Part shown: piece by piece, positions 40,685 through 51,784 of the stretch
Layout: each line of letters begins with the position of its first letter
How positions within the stretch are numbered: the stretch's first letter is position 1
NCBI GenBank assembly: GCA_050015475.1
Contig: JBEKBI010000006.1
Coordinates: forward strand, 7,040-71,039
Length of the DNA stretch: 64,000 nucleotides
Direction: 5' to 3'
DNA from: Acidimicrobiales bacterium
GTDB taxonomy: Bacteria; Actinomycetota; Acidimicrobiia; Acidimicrobiales; Bog-793
Made by a program: the position numbers and the translations under genes
The notes under the pieces: model-generated
Told to the model about the DNA's origin: nothing
The model's input: only the letters and a program-made list of their open reading frames with translations
Databases searched by the model: none

Positions 40685-43381
40685 TTACGCGTCCGCGCCT
40701 CGGCAAGAGGCGGCGAGTGTCCTCACGACATACGGCAGGATCCCACCGTGCCACAAATACTGGGCTTCACTTGGGGTGTCGACTCTCAAGGTCGCTTTGA
40801 AGGGGCGTTTGTCCGCGACGACAGTGAGCTCGCGCCCGATCAGATCGTCCGGCGAAGCACACGAAAGTCCCGTCACAGCTATCGATTCCCGCCCGGTCAG
40901 CCCGAGCGAATCCGCGGTGTCGCCATACGCGAATTCGAGTGGCAGCACGCCCATGCCGATCAAGTTCGAACGGTGGATGCGCTCGAAGCTCTCGGCGAGC
41001 ACGGCGCGCACTCCGAGCAATGCGGGGCCTTTCGCCGCCCAGTCACGCGACGACCCGGCGCCGTACTCCTTGCCCGCTATGGCGACAAGGGGCACTGCCT
41101 CGGACCGATAGCGGACGGCCGCGTCGAAGACGGTCATCACCTCGCTGTCCGGGAGATGCACGGTCACTCCACCCTCGGTGCCGGGCAGGAGCCGGTTGCG
41201 GATGCGGGGGTTGGCGAAGGTCCCGCGGACCATGACCTCATGGTTGCCGCGTCGCGCCCCGTATGAATTGAACTCGGCTGGGGGCACCGAGCGGCTTTGC
41301 AGCCAAAGACCGGCTGGGCTCGAAGGCCGAATCGATCCCGCTGGCGATATGTGGTCGGTGGTGACGCTGTCGCCGAGGAAGACCAGCACGCGCGCCCCGG
41401 CGATATCACTGATCGGGTCAGGCGAGGCAGCTATTTGCTCCAAGAACGGCGGCTTTTGCACATAGCTCGAGTCGGCGTCCCAGAGGTACCGCTCTCCGGC
41501 CGGGGCTTCGAGCGACTGCCAGTGGTCGTCTCCATCCGTCGCATGGGCGTACCCGTCGCGAAACAGCTCAGCGTTCACGGTTTGCCCGATGACCTGGGAG
41601 ATCTCGCCAGGCGACGGCCAGAGCTCCGCCAGCAGCACCCCGCGGCCGTCAGAAGAGGTGCCGAGTGGCTCGGAGGCGAAGTCGATGTTCATCGTGCCCG
41701 CGAGCGCGTAGGCGACCACCAAAGGCGGCGAGGCGAGGTAGTTCATGCGCACGTCGGGGTGGATGCGCCCCTCGAAGTTGCGGTTCCCCGAAAGCACAGC
41801 CGCACAGGCCAAGCGATGAGCGTCGATGGCCTGTGAGATCTCGGGCAGCAGCGGCCCTGAGTTTCCGATGCACGTAGTGCAGCCGAAGCCGACGAGTGCG
41901 AATCCGAGCTGGGCGAGATAGGGCGCCAACCCGGCCCGCTCCAAGTAGTCCATGACGACCCGCGAGCCCGGCGCAAGGCTCGCCTTGACCCACGGCTTGG
42001 GACGAAGGCCGAGCTCGACGGCCTTCTTCGCCAGTAGTCCGGCGCCGATCATCACCTGCGGGTTCGAAGTGTTGGTGCAGCTCGTGATGGCGGCGATCAC
42101 GATGTGGCCGCTCTCGAGATCGAACTCGGTCCCGTCGCTCAGATGGATCCTTGCCGGGCCCGACGACGCCGAACCGCCGGCTGGCGACGCCGCGGGAGCG
42201 GGGAGTGAACCTGGGAGCGCCTCGGCGAAAATCGCCTTGGCCCGGCGGAGCGGGACACGGTCCTGGGGGCGAGAGGGACCGGCCAGGCTCGGCTCGACGC
42301 TGGACAAGTCGAGCTCGATCGTCTCTGAGTAGGCCGACCGGACGGTGTCGTTGAGCCAGAGGCCCTGCTCCTTGGCGTAAGCCTCCACGAGGGCGCAGTG
42401 CTCTTCGGGGCGGCCGGTGGCCCTCAGGTAGCGGATGGTCTCGTCGTCGATGGGGAAGATCGTCACCGTCGAGCCGTACTCCGGCGACATGTTGCCTATC
42501 GTCGCCCGGTTCTCGGTCGAGAGTCTTGCGACCCCCGGGCCGTAGCACTCGACGAACTTTCCGACGACACCGTAAGAGCGCAGCAATTCGGCGACCGTGA
42601 GAACGAGGTCCGTGGCCGTTGTGCCGGCCGCGAGCTCGCCGTCGAGATGCAGGCCCACGATCGGCGGCACGAGCATGGAGATGGCCTGGCCCAGCATGGC
42701 GGCCTCCGCCTCGATGCCGCCGACTCCCCAGCCGAGCACGCCGAGGCCGTTCACCATGGTTGTATGCGAGTCGGTTCCGACCACGGTGTCGGGATAGGCC
42801 GCCCCGTCGGCACTGGCGAACACGACGCTGCTCAGGCTCTCGAGGTTGACCTGATGGCAGATGCCCGTGCCGGGAGGCACGACTCTCAGGTTCGAGAACG
42901 CCTGCTCGCCCCAGCGGAGGAACCTGTAGCGCTCCGCATTGCGCGCGAATTCGAAGGCCGTGTTCGTTCTCAGCGCGTCGCTGCGGGCCCAGGCGTCGAC
43001 GACCACCGAATGGTCGATCACGAGGTCGACAGGGACCACGGGGTCGATCTGAGCCGCGTCGCCGCCGAGGGCTTCGATTGCGTCCCGCATCGCCGCGAGG
43101 TCGACGATGCACGGGACGCCGGTGAAGTCCTGGAGCAGGACGCGCGCGGGGAAGAAGGCGATCTCCCGCCCGCCGTCGGCGGCAGGGCGAATGAGCGACT
43201 CGATGTCGCCGGCGCTCGAGCCGTCGTCATGGCGGAGCATGTTCTCCACGAGGAGCTTGACCGCGTAGGGGGCCCGTTCGAGGTCCGCAGCAGCACCGAG
43301 CGCCGACAGCCTGTGGATCCGATATGACCGGTCGCCAACCTTGAGCAGGTCCTCGGCGCCGAAACTCTTGCGTCCTTTCAT
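40685..43381 (-). CDS. acnA: Aconitate hydratase A
   Basis: QDFTGVP, IDHSV, DSHTTM, ITSCTNTSN, GFGCTTCIGNSG, GSSRDWAAKG. Confidence 0.97.
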   Translation of the reverse strand: MKGRKSFGAEDLLKVGDRSYRIHRLSALGAAADLERAPYAVKLLVENMLRHDDGSSAGDIESLIRPAADGGREIAFFPARVLLQDFTGVPCIVDLAAMRDAIEALGGDAAQIDPVVPVDLVIDHSVVVDAWARSDALRTNTAFEFARNAERYRFLRWGEQAFSNLRVVPPGTGICHQVNLESLSSVVFASADGAAYPDTVVGTDSHTTMVNGLGVLGWGVGGIEAEAAMLGQAISMLVPPIVGLHLDGELAAGTTATDLVLTVAELLRSYGVVGKFVECYGPGVARLSTENRATIGNMSPEYGSTVTIFPIDDETIRYLRATGRPEEHCALVEAYAKEQGLWLNDTVRSAYSETIELDLSSVEPSLAGPSRPQDRVPLRRAKAIFAEALPGSLPAPAASPAGGSASSGPARIHLSDGTEFDLESGHIVIAAITSCTNTSNPQVMIGAGLLAKKAVELGLRPKPWVKASLAPGSRVVMDYLERAGLAPYLAQLGFALVGFGCTTCIGNSGPLLPEISQAIDAHRLACAAVLSGNRNFEGRIHPDVRMNYLASPPLVVAYALAGTMNIDFASEPLGTSSDGRGVLLAELWPSPGEISQVIGQTVNAELFRDGYAHATDGDDHWQSLEAPAGERYLWDADSSYVQKPPFLEQIAASPDPISDIAGARVLVFLGDSVTTDHISPAGSIRPSSPAGLWLQSRSVPPAEFNSYGARRGNHEVMVRGTFANPRIRNRLLPGTEGGVTVHLPDSEVMTVFDAAVRYRSEAVPLVAIAGKEYGAGSSRDWAAKGPALLGVRAVLAESFERIHRSNLIGMGVLPLEFAYGDTADSLGLTGRESIAVTGLSCASPDDLIGRELTVVADKRPFKATLRVDTPSEAQYLWHGGILPYVVRTLAASCRGADA

Positions 43382-43408
43382 CTGCCTCGTCGCCTCCAAA
43401 CTCGAGCC

Positions 43409-43897
43409 TTACGCGGTCAGGACCGACGCCCCGGGGTTCACCCGGTCGCGGAGCCTTCGCAACAAAGCGACAAGGGTGAGCTCCTCGTCCGGGTCGAGAG
43501 TTCCGTCGAGCAGTTCCGACAGCTGCGAGCGGTGAATCTCCAGTGCCCGGCGCATACGTTCCTCGCCGGCGTCCGTCAGTGCCGCGAACGAGCCACGGCG
43601 GTCTTCTGAGCACGCCTGCCGGGTCACGAAACCGGCATCTGAGAGGCGGTCGACGGCACGGGTGAGGCCGCTCGGTGTCAGAGCTGTCTGCGACGCGAGG
43701 TCACTCATCCGCATGCGACCGCCGGGCGTGCGCGCGAGCCGGATCAGAATGTCGAAGTCTTGACCAGGCAGTTCGCACTCCCGCTCGAGCGCCGGACCCA
43801 CCGCGCGATGCAGGCCCGAGGCCGTCTCGAACACGAGCCCCACGAGCGTGACCCGGTCGACCTCGGATGCATCGCTCGGCTGACCGGTTGTACTCAC
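43409..43897 (-). CDS. MarR family transcriptional regulator
   Basis: RMSDLA...LTPSGLTRAVDRL...GFV.R....DRRG. Leaderless GTG 6 nt after TATACT. Confidence 0.92.
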   Translation of the reverse strand: MSTTGQPSDASEVDRVTLVGLVFETASGLHRAVGPALERECELPGQDFDILIRLARTPGGRMRMSDLASQTALTPSGLTRAVDRLSDAGFVTRQACSEDRRGSFAALTDAGEERMRRALEIHRSQLSELLDGTLDPDEELTLVALLRRLRDRVNPGASVLTA

Positions 43898-43924
43898 ATC
43901 GTCAGTATAGTCGGATTCGAGAAG

Positions 43925-43956
43925 TAGTTGCGTAGTCAAGTAGTTTCCGTTATGGT
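43925..43956 (+). promoter_or_regulatory. yceI promoter with overlapping candidate MarR operator
   Basis: TTGCGT-N17-TATGGT, with the imperfect palindrome TAGTTG-N6-CAAGTA lying over the -35. Confidence 0.6.
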
Positions 43957-44018
43957 CGATCTCGGGCGGCAAACGTGCCGTTCGAGCAGGGCCGTCTGAA
44001 GGGAAGGAGCCTTAGGAA

Positions 44019-44612
44019 ATGGCCGGTGGCAGCACTGTTGCAAATGGCGGTCTGACAAGAGAGGTCGGCGGCGTCACGCTCCCGACCGCTGGCACCTTCG
44101 TGCTGGACAAGGCGCACACCCAGATCGGGTTTGTCGCCCGGCACCTCATGGTCTCCAAAGTCCGCGGCCGCTTCACCGACTACGAGGGGACGCTCGTTGT
44201 CGCCGCCAACCCCGCTGATTCCTCGGTCGAGGTGACCATCCAAGCGGCGAGCATCAGCACCAACGACGAGACCCGTGACAACCATGTCCGCACGAGTGAC
44301 TTTCTCGCCGTCGAGGAGTTCCCGACGCTGAGTTTCCAGAGCACCAAAGTTGACCTGAGCTCGGATGGGGACTGGAAGCTGACCGGTGACTTGACGGTTC
44401 GCGGGGTGACGCGCCAGATAATCCTTGAGGTCGAATTCGAGGGAGTCATCCAGGACCCCTGGGGCAACCAGCGCGTCGGGTTCACAGCCTCCAGCGAGAT
44501 CGACCGGAACGACTTCGGGGTGAGTTTCAACGCCGTGCTCGAGACGGGCGGCTTCGTTGTCGCTCCAAAGGTGAAGCTCGAGATCGAGGCCGAAGCGGTT
44601 CGCCAGGCCTAG
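44019..44612 (+). CDS. YceI family polyisoprenoid-binding protein
   Basis: DKAHTQIGFVARHLMVSKVRGRF, RDNHVRTSDF, GDLTVRGVT, DPWG, DFGV. Confidence 0.93.
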   Translation: MAGGSTVANGGLTREVGGVTLPTAGTFVLDKAHTQIGFVARHLMVSKVRGRFTDYEGTLVVAANPADSSVEVTIQAASISTNDETRDNHVRTSDFLAVEEFPTLSFQSTKVDLSSDGDWKLTGDLTVRGVTRQIILEVEFEGVIQDPWGNQRVGFTASSEIDRNDFGVSFNAVLETGGFVVAPKVKLEIEAEAVRQA

Positions 44613-44744
44613 CCGACGGCCCTCAGCGCCGGCGCAGCCGACCTGATCGAGGGGCCTCGTGGGGAGCCCCTCAAGGCCCTGCGCGAGCCGTAGGACCAGG
44701 TCAGCCCTATTTCTAGCGAGCGTTTTGGCAGGTAGAATGTCTTT

Positions 44745-46103
44745 GTGAGTGCGACGTTCGAATCATCGCCGGACGTCCTCGGCGTTCACGCACATCTGCT
44801 TGCCTCGATCCCCGGGATTCTCATCCTGCTCGACAGCCGTGGCACAGTGCGGTTCGCGTCCGGCCAAGTCGAGCGTCTCGGCGGGCAGACCGTGGACATC
44901 CTTGTCGGGTCTGACCTGAGCAGCCACCTCGAGCCGAAAGATCGGCCGATCCTCAGCTGGCTGCTGTCCGCGTCGGCGACGAGGTCGCCGGAACAGCTGA
45001 CCGGCCCGGTGCGGTTGCCCTTCCTCGACTCGGCCGGAAGGCCACGGATCACGGAGGCCTGGGCACTCAACCGGCTGGCGGATCCTGCCCTCGGCGGTTT
45101 CGTCATCCTGCTCCTCGTCGAGAGCGCATACGACCACTTCGACCAGGTCCTCGCCGCCGCCCAGGCCGGAGCCGGGCTCGAAGAGAACCTTGCGGCCCTG
45201 GCAGTGGGCCTCAGGCTCCCGCCGGTGCATGGTGAATGCTTCTTTGTCGTCGCCTCCGCGGACGGGCGGACGGTCAGTTGTTATCCGCCACGTCCCGCGG
45301 CCCCTGCGCCGCCCGCGAGCGGACCGTGGGATCAAGCCATGGGCCACGACGCGAGCGTGTTGTACACCGAGATCGATGGCTTGCCGGATTCGACGCGAGC
45401 TGCCGCGGCCCAGTTCCGTTCCGTTAGCTGCTTCCCGGTGCCGACCCGGGGCGAGAACGCACCTTCGGCTTGCCTCGTCGTCTGGAGCCGCGACCTCGGG
45501 CCGCTCGGGATGACCGAGCAGACCGCCGTGGACAGGGCGCTCGTCCTCGCCTCGCTGTTGATGTCGCACAACGTCGCCAAGGAGCATTCCCGAGAGGACG
45601 GCCACGGCGACGCACTGACCGGCCTCGGCAATCGCCGGAGCTACTTCCAGGCGCTCGAGTCACGGGTCGCGGCTGGAGACCGGCCGGCTGTGCTCTATGT
45701 CGACATAGACGGCTTCAAGGAAGTGAACGAGCGGCTGGGGCGCCTTGCCGGAGACTCGGCGCTGCGTGTGATCGCACGCCGGCTGTCCTCGATCGTGCGC
45801 CCGAGTGACGAGCTGGCTCGCTTCGGAGGCGATGAGTTCGCGATCCTGTGCGCGAGCGACGTCACCGAGACGCAGGTCGTTTCGATCGCGGCCCGAGTGG
45901 TCGAGCGGCTGTCGGAGCCGATCTCGATTGGCGACGCGCCCGCGCTCAAAGTGGGGGCCAGCATCGGCATCGTCTTCAACTTCCCGGAGGGCACGACTTC
46001 GGACACCTTGCTCGCCAGCGCCGACGAGGCACTTTGTGCGGCCAAGGCCGCGGGGCGAGGCTGCTGGCGCTTCGCCGGGTTGCCGGAGGACCGGGACAGC
46101 TAG
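44745..46103 (+). CDS. PAS-containing diguanylate cyclase
   Basis: DALTGLGNRR, DIDGFKEVN, GD, RPSD I-site, RFGGDEF. N-terminal PAS-like and central GAF-like regions. Confidence 0.88.
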   Translation: MSATFESSPDVLGVHAHLLASIPGILILLDSRGTVRFASGQVERLGGQTVDILVGSDLSSHLEPKDRPILSWLLSASATRSPEQLTGPVRLPFLDSAGRPRITEAWALNRLADPALGGFVILLLVESAYDHFDQVLAAAQAGAGLEENLAALAVGLRLPPVHGECFFVVASADGRTVSCYPPRPAAPAPPASGPWDQAMGHDASVLYTEIDGLPDSTRAAAAQFRSVSCFPVPTRGENAPSACLVVWSRDLGPLGMTEQTAVDRALVLASLLMSHNVAKEHSREDGHGDALTGLGNRRSYFQALESRVAAGDRPAVLYVDIDGFKEVNERLGRLAGDSALRVIARRLSSIVRPSDELARFGGDEFAILCASDVTETQVVSIAARVVERLSEPISIGDAPALKVGASIGIVFNFPEGTTSDTLLASADEALCAAKAAGRGCWRFAGLPEDRDS

Positions 46104-46253
46104 GGCCGTGACGGCCGCCGGGGGGATCGGCAGAGGGAAGCAGCTGCCGACCCCGGACGGAAGGCTTTTCGCAGCCGCGCGGGCAGCTATTCCAGAAGCC
46201 AGCGCGTAGTCGCAGGCGGCGCGCTTGCTCGATTCCCGCCCGATCTCAAGTTG

Positions 46254-46325
46254 CGCCCTCGGCAGGATTCGAACCTGCGCACCCGGCTCCGGAGGCCGAT
46301 GCTCTATCCCCTGAGCTACGAGGGC
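46254..46325 (-). tRNA. tRNA-Arg(CCG)
   Basis: GCCCTCGTAGCTCAGGGGATAGAGCATCGGCCT-CCG-GAGCCGGGTGCGCAGGTTCGAATCCTGCCGAGGGCG forms a cloverleaf. CCA is not encoded. Divergent from argS. Confidence 0.97.
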
Positions 46326-46378
46326 TCGTAAGAGCGCAGGTTGCATGCTAGCTGTACTTCGGGCATCCTCAGATTGCA

Positions 46379-47989
46379 ATGACGACTGAGCGATGTCTTG
46401 CCGATGGGATCGTCGCAGCTTTGGCGACTCTCAATATCCCGATCGAGGCCGAGGAGGTCCAGCTCGTCAGGCCTGCGCGCCTTGAACACGGGGACTGGTC
46501 GACCAATGTCGCGCTGATCGTCGCCAAGTCTGTTGGTCGCGCACCACGTGAAATTGCTGCCGATCTTGCTGCCGCCCTCCGAGCGGCGAACATCGACGAA
46601 GTGACCGCGGTCGACGTGGCGGGACCCGGCTTCGTCAACTTCAAGCTGGCGACCTCTTGGCTGCACCACGTTCTCATGGACGTCGTGGCCGAGGGCGAAA
46701 AGAGCTATGCGACCCCGGACCTCGGAGGAGGGGAACGGGTGCAGATCGAGTTCGTGTCCGCCAACCCGACCGGGCCTCTGCACGTCGGCAACGCCTGGCT
46801 CGGCTCGTACGGCGACGCTCTCGGGCGAGTGATGAACCGTTGCGGTTGGGATGTGCAGCGTGAGTACTACGTGAACGACACCGGCGGACAGATCCGCCTC
46901 CTGGGAGAGAGCCTTCTTGCCCGTCGCAACGGCACCCCAGTACCGGAGGGTGGCTACCAGGGCGATTACGTGACGCGGCTCGCTGAAACCTACGAAGGGC
47001 CGGAAGACGTGGTCGAGGCCGGCCGTTACGCCAGTGACCGGATCCTCGCAAACATCCGCGAGACGCTCGATCGCCTCGACATCCATTTCGACGAGTGGTA
47101 CTCGCAGGCCTCGATCGAGGAGAGCGGTCGAGTCGCGGAGACGATCGAGCTTTTCCGGGAGCGGGGGCTCGTATACGAGGAAGGCGGCGCGATCTGGCTC
47201 AGGTCCACCGAATTCGGCGACAGCCGCGACCGTGTGCTGATCATGTCGAACGGCGGCAACACCTACTTGGCGGGAGATCTCGCGTACCACCGGGACAAGT
47301 TCCTCGTCCGCAAGTTCGATCGGGTGATCGACATCTTCGGGGCGGATCACCATGGTCAGGTCGCCAGTCTCAAAGCGGGCGTTGAGGCGCTTGGCGTACA
47401 GCGCGACCGGCTCGAGGTCCGGCTCGGCCAGCTTGTCAACATCGTCGGCAAGAGGATGTCCAAGCGGGCCGGGAACGTCATTTCCCTCGACGCGCTCATC
47501 GACGACATCGGGGCCGACGCGACTCGGCTCCTGTCGCTCCTCAACTCGATCGACCAGGCAGCGACCCTCGATCTCGACTTGATGAAGAAGCGATCGATGG
47601 ACAATCCCGTCTACTACGTGCAGTACGCGCACGCCCGCATCGCCTCGATTGAACGCAAGCGGGCCGCCCAGGGCATCGAGCGCGTCCCGATCACAGAGGC
47701 GGACCTCAGCCTGCTCGTGCACGAACGGGAGCTGGAGCTGATTCGCTGCCTCGTCGACCTTCCTTATGTGCTCGGCGAGGCGGCGAGGGAGCGTGCGCCC
47801 CACAAGGTCACGAACTGGGCCCGCCGCCTGGCAGGCGAATTCCATGGCTTCTACCACGACTGCCGCGTGCTTTCCGAGGAGGTCCCGCTCGAGTTGACCC
47901 AGGCGCGGTTGTGGCTCGTGGAAGGAGTCAGGATCGGGCTTGCGATCGCTCTCGGCCTGCTAGGAGTGCAGGCACCGGAAGAGATGTGA
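46379..47989 (+). CDS. argS: Arginine--tRNA ligase
   Basis: GPGFVN, SANPTGPLHVGN, FGADHHG, MSKRAG, YVQYAHAR. Confidence 0.97.
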   Translation: MTTERCLADGIVAALATLNIPIEAEEVQLVRPARLEHGDWSTNVALIVAKSVGRAPREIAADLAAALRAANIDEVTAVDVAGPGFVNFKLATSWLHHVLMDVVAEGEKSYATPDLGGGERVQIEFVSANPTGPLHVGNAWLGSYGDALGRVMNRCGWDVQREYYVNDTGGQIRLLGESLLARRNGTPVPEGGYQGDYVTRLAETYEGPEDVVEAGRYASDRILANIRETLDRLDIHFDEWYSQASIEESGRVAETIELFRERGLVYEEGGAIWLRSTEFGDSRDRVLIMSNGGNTYLAGDLAYHRDKFLVRKFDRVIDIFGADHHGQVASLKAGVEALGVQRDRLEVRLGQLVNIVGKRMSKRAGNVISLDALIDDIGADATRLLSLLNSIDQAATLDLDLMKKRSMDNPVYYVQYAHARIASIERKRAAQGIERVPITEADLSLLVHERELELIRCLVDLPYVLGEAARERAPHKVTNWARRLAGEFHGFYHDCRVLSEEVPLELTQARLWLVEGVRIGLAIALGLLGVQAPEEM

Positions 47990-49338
47990 CCGGCGCCGAG
48001 GCTCCATCCGGCGCAGCTTCGACTGAGCCGTCGCCTCAGCCCGCCGCGTTGGTGCCGGAGGGGCCGATCCACAGGGGCCTGTTGCCCGACTCGTCGGTGA
48101 TCACTGACGAGGGCCACTTGAGCATCGGTGGGGTCGACCTCGTACAGCTCGCGGAGCAGGTCGGAACGCCGGCCTTCGTCTACGACGAGGAGCACCTACG
48201 CAATCGGTGCCGGGAGGCGGTCGCCGGTTTCGGGGCGGGCGCCACCTATGCGACGAAGGCCTTTCTTTGCAAGGCCATGGCGGAGCTCGCGCTCGAAGAG
48301 AACATGTCCCTCGATGTGTCCACCGGCGGTGAGTTGGCCGTCGCCCTGGCCGGAGGCGCCACAGGAGAGCGCCTCGTCATGCACGGGAACAACAAGTCGG
48401 CCGAGGAACTCAAGGACGCGCTCAGAGTCGGCGTCGGCAGGATCGTCGTCGACTCCTTCGACGAGATCGAAAGACTGCGCGTTCTTGGTGCCGCCGGTGC
48501 CGGCAGCGGTCGGACGCGCCTTTTGATCCGAGTGACGCCGGGGGTTGAGGCGCACACCCATGAATACGTGACGACGGGGAGGGAGGACTCGAAGTTCGGC
48601 TTCTCGCTCGCCTCGGGAGCTGCGGCCGAGGCCGTAGAGGCGGTTCGCTCTCTGTCGGGTTTCGAGCTCGTGGGGGTCCACGCCCACATCGGCAGCCAGA
48701 TCTTCGCGGTATCGCCCTTCGCCGAGGAGATCGCCGTACTCGCGCCTTTCGTCATCGAGCACGGGTTCTCCGAGTGCTGCATAGGCGGCGGGCTCGGCGT
48801 GGCATACGTGGAAGGGGAGGTCGCGCCCTCCATTACCGAGTGGGCCCGGGCGGCACGCGCAGCGGTGACGTCGGCCGGTGTCCCCTCGAGCGTTGACATC
48901 TCGGCCGAGCCGGGACGCTCGATCGTCGCCGGGGCGGCCGTGACGTTGTACCGGGTCGGGACGATAAAGCAGACCCCCGGGCTTCGCCGCTACGTCGCCG
49001 TTGACGGGGGCATGTCCGACAACCCGCGGCCCGTGCTTTACGGAAGCGGGTACGAGGCGTTCCTTCCTAGGGCGGTTCTCGCTCGGCGGCCTCTTGCGGC
49101 GAGGGTCGTCGGGAAGCACTGCGAGTCCGGTGACGTTATCGTCGACGAGGCGAGGCTTCCGGCCGACCTCGCGGTCGGGGACATTCTCGCCACCCCGGTG
49201 ACGGGCGCCTACGGGTTCGCCATGTCGTCGAACTACAACCGGTTGCTGCGCCCCCCGGTCGTGTTCGTCGAAGGGGGCCAAGCTCGTACTGTGGTGCGAC
49301 GAGAGACCGTGGCCGACCTGCTGTCCCGGGAAACCTGA
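47986..49338 (+). CDS. lysA: Diaminopimelate decarboxylase
   Basis: YATKAF, HGNNKS, SKFG, HIGSQI, EPGRSI, HCESGD, GAYG..MSSNYN. Confidence 0.96.
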   Translation: MTGAEAPSGAASTEPSPQPAALVPEGPIHRGLLPDSSVITDEGHLSIGGVDLVQLAEQVGTPAFVYDEEHLRNRCREAVAGFGAGATYATKAFLCKAMAELALEENMSLDVSTGGELAVALAGGATGERLVMHGNNKSAEELKDALRVGVGRIVVDSFDEIERLRVLGAAGAGSGRTRLLIRVTPGVEAHTHEYVTTGREDSKFGFSLASGAAAEAVEAVRSLSGFELVGVHAHIGSQIFAVSPFAEEIAVLAPFVIEHGFSECCIGGGLGVAYVEGEVAPSITEWARAARAAVTSAGVPSSVDISAEPGRSIVAGAAVTLYRVGTIKQTPGLRRYVAVDGGMSDNPRPVLYGSGYEAFLPRAVLARRPLAARVVGKHCESGDVIVDEARLPADLAVGDILATPVTGAYGFAMSSNYNRLLRPPVVFVEGGQARTVVRRETVADLLSRET

Positions 49339-49364
49339 CCCCGTTCGTCATGTAGGTTGTGAAG

Positions 49365-50699
49365 ATGGAAGCGCCACAAGCGGGCGATACGACGGGTGGC
49401 GAGGTGCGCGTAGGCCTTCTCGGTTACGGCAATGTCGGCGTGGCCTTCACGCGCCTCATCGACTCACAAGGTGAGGCGATCGCACTTCGCACCGGGCTTG
49501 AGTTGTCCGTCACGCGCATCGCCGTCAGGAACCCGGACAAGCCGAGGCCCGGCTCGGCAATGTCCGACGCCGGCGAAAGGCTTTGTGGCGACGCGGCTCG
49601 GCTGGTGAAGGACCCGGCCATCGACGTCATCGTCGAGCTGATCGGTGGTGTCGAGCCTGCGCGCAGCCTCGTGCTGGCAGCTCTCGACGCGGGCAAGCCG
49701 GTCGTGACGGCGAACAAGGAGCTGCTGGCAGGTTTCGGCGCCGAATTGCTGGCCGCGGCCGAACAGGGCGGGGTCGACCTGCTCTTCGAAGCCTCGGTCG
49801 CAGGGGCGATCCCCCTCATCCGGCTGCTGAACGACTCGCTGGCGGGCGAGCGGATCGTCCGGGTGATGGGAATCGTGAACGGCACGACGAACTTCATCCT
49901 CACGTCCATGAGCGAGGAGGGCTGCGACTACGAGACGGCGCTCGCCGAGGCGAAGGCGCTCGGCTACGCGGAGCCGGATCCGACAGCGGACGTGGAAGGC
50001 CTTGACGCGCAAGCCAAGGCGGCCATCCTCGCCGGCATCGCCTTCGACGCGGACGTGGTGCAAAGCGACGTCTTTGTTGAGGGAATCACGGCCATCGGAG
50101 CTTCCGACATCGCCTTCGTCCGCAAACTCGGCTACGAAGTGAAATTGCTCGCGGTCGTCGAGCGTGTGGGCAGCGACTCAGCGCCGGCGGTCGCGGTACG
50201 GGTGCATCCCGCCATGGTCCCGCGCGAACATCCCCTCGCCAGTGTGCGCGGGCCGTTCAACGCCGTCTTCGTCCAGGGCGACACGGCTGGCGAGCTCATG
50301 GTCTATGGCCGTGGCGCCGGAGGCACGGCGACGGCGAGTGCCGTGCTGGGCGACCTGGTGGCGGCCGCGCACCATCTCCGAGAGGAGACGAGGGGTCGCC
50401 CCGTTCGCCGGGAGCGCGTCAAGATCCAGCCGATCTCCGCTCTTTGCACGCAGTACTACGTGACTGTGGACGTGAAGGACCAACCCGGCGTGCTGGCGGC
50501 GGTCGCCCGCGTGTTCGGCGAGCACAACGTCTCGATCCAGTCCATGGAACAGCTCGACTTGGGCGACGGGGCGCGCCTGGTGTTGATCACACACACCGCC
50601 CGTGAGGCGGACGTGCAGGCGACGCTGGCCTCGCTCGGAGGGCTGGACGTGGTGGCGCGCGTCGGGGCGCTCCTGCGGCTCATCGGCCGCCAACGCTGA
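49365..50699 (+). CDS. hom: Homoserine dehydrogenase (C-terminal ACT)
   Basis: [43 protein letters not shown]. Confidence 0.96.
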   Translation: MEAPQAGDTTGGEVRVGLLGYGNVGVAFTRLIDSQGEAIALRTGLELSVTRIAVRNPDKPRPGSAMSDAGERLCGDAARLVKDPAIDVIVELIGGVEPARSLVLAALDAGKPVVTANKELLAGFGAELLAAAEQGGVDLLFEASVAGAIPLIRLLNDSLAGERIVRVMGIVNGTTNFILTSMSEEGCDYETALAEAKALGYAEPDPTADVEGLDAQAKAAILAGIAFDADVVQSDVFVEGITAIGASDIAFVRKLGYEVKLLAVVERVGSDSAPAVAVRVHPAMVPREHPLASVRGPFNAVFVQGDTAGELMVYGRGAGGTATASAVLGDLVAAAHHLREETRGRPVRRERVKIQPISALCTQYYVTVDVKDQPGVLAAVARVFGEHNVSIQSMEQLDLGDGARLVLITHTAREADVQATLASLGGLDVVARVGALLRLIGRQR

Positions 50700-50709
50700 C
50701 GGGACCGGC

Positions 50710-51750
50710 ATGACCTACTGGCGAGGCGTGCTGGAGGAGTACCGGGCATTCCTACCGGTGAGCGACGCCACGCCCGTCGTGACGCTGCTCGAAGGCGGGA
50801 CTCCGTTGCTAGCGGCCCCACGGCTCTCGGACCGCGTGGGCGCCAGTGTCTTCCTCAAGATCGAGGGAGCGAACCCGACCGGTTCCTTCAAGGACCGGGG
50901 CATGACGATGGCGATCTCGAAGGCGGCCGAGGAGGGTGTGAAGACGGTCGTGTGCGCCTCGACCGGGAACACTTCGGCATCGGCGGCGGCGTACGCGGCG
51001 CGGGCGGGAATGAGCTGTGTCGTGCTCATCCCTGCTGGGAAAATCGCGCTCGGGAAGCTCGCCCAGGCGCTCGTGCACGGGGCGCGCGTGCTGCAGGTGA
51101 GGGGCAACTTCGACGTGGCTCTCGAGATCGTGCGCGAGCTGCCGAGCCACGCACCGGTCGTCGTCGTGAACTCGGTGAACCCGTTCCGAATCGAGGGGCA
51201 AAAGACCGGGGCCTTCGAGATCGTGGACCGCCTCGGGGATGCGCCGGACATCCATTGCATTCCGGTCGGAAATGCCGGGAACATAACTGCCTATTGGCGC
51301 GGGTACCGCGAGTACCACGCCGCTGGGCATTCCAAGAGATTGCCGAAAATGCTCGGGTTTCAAGCCGCCGGCGCGGCGCCGATCGTTGTCGGTCACCCGA
51401 TCGCCGAGCCGGAGACGATCGCCACCGCGATTCGCATAGGGAACCCAGCTTCCTGGGGCGGGGCGACGGACGCGGCCACCGAGTCCGGCGGTGTCATCAC
51501 CGCCGTGACCGATGAGGAGATCCTCGATGCCTACCGGTTTCTTGCCACTGAAGAGTCGGTCTTTTGCGAAGCGGCCTCGGCGGCGTCCGTGGCCGGATTG
51601 TTGAAGACCCGGGTGCCAAGCGGTTCGGAGGTTGTGTGCGTGCTCACTGGGCACGGGCTGAAGGACCCTGACCTAGCGATCAGCCGTGTGCCGGAGCCGG
51701 CGCTAGCTGACGCGGACCTCAAGTCTGTGCTCGGCGCGCTCGGCTTCTGA
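50710..51750 (+). CDS. thrC: Threonine synthase
   Basis: [36 protein letters not shown]. Confidence 0.95.
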   Translation: MTYWRGVLEEYRAFLPVSDATPVVTLLEGGTPLLAAPRLSDRVGASVFLKIEGANPTGSFKDRGMTMAISKAAEEGVKTVVCASTGNTSASAAAYAARAGMSCVVLIPAGKIALGKLAQALVHGARVLQVRGNFDVALEIVRELPSHAPVVVVNSVNPFRIEGQKTGAFEIVDRLGDAPDIHCIPVGNAGNITAYWRGYREYHAAGHSKRLPKMLGFQAAGAAPIVVGHPIAEPETIATAIRIGNPASWGGATDAATESGGVITAVTDEEILDAYRFLATEESVFCEAASAASVAGLLKTRVPSGSEVVCVLTGHGLKDPDLAISRVPEPALADADLKSVLGALGF

Positions 51751-51784
51751 GTCAGCAGCACAGTCGGCTTGAACTAGCCGGTGT

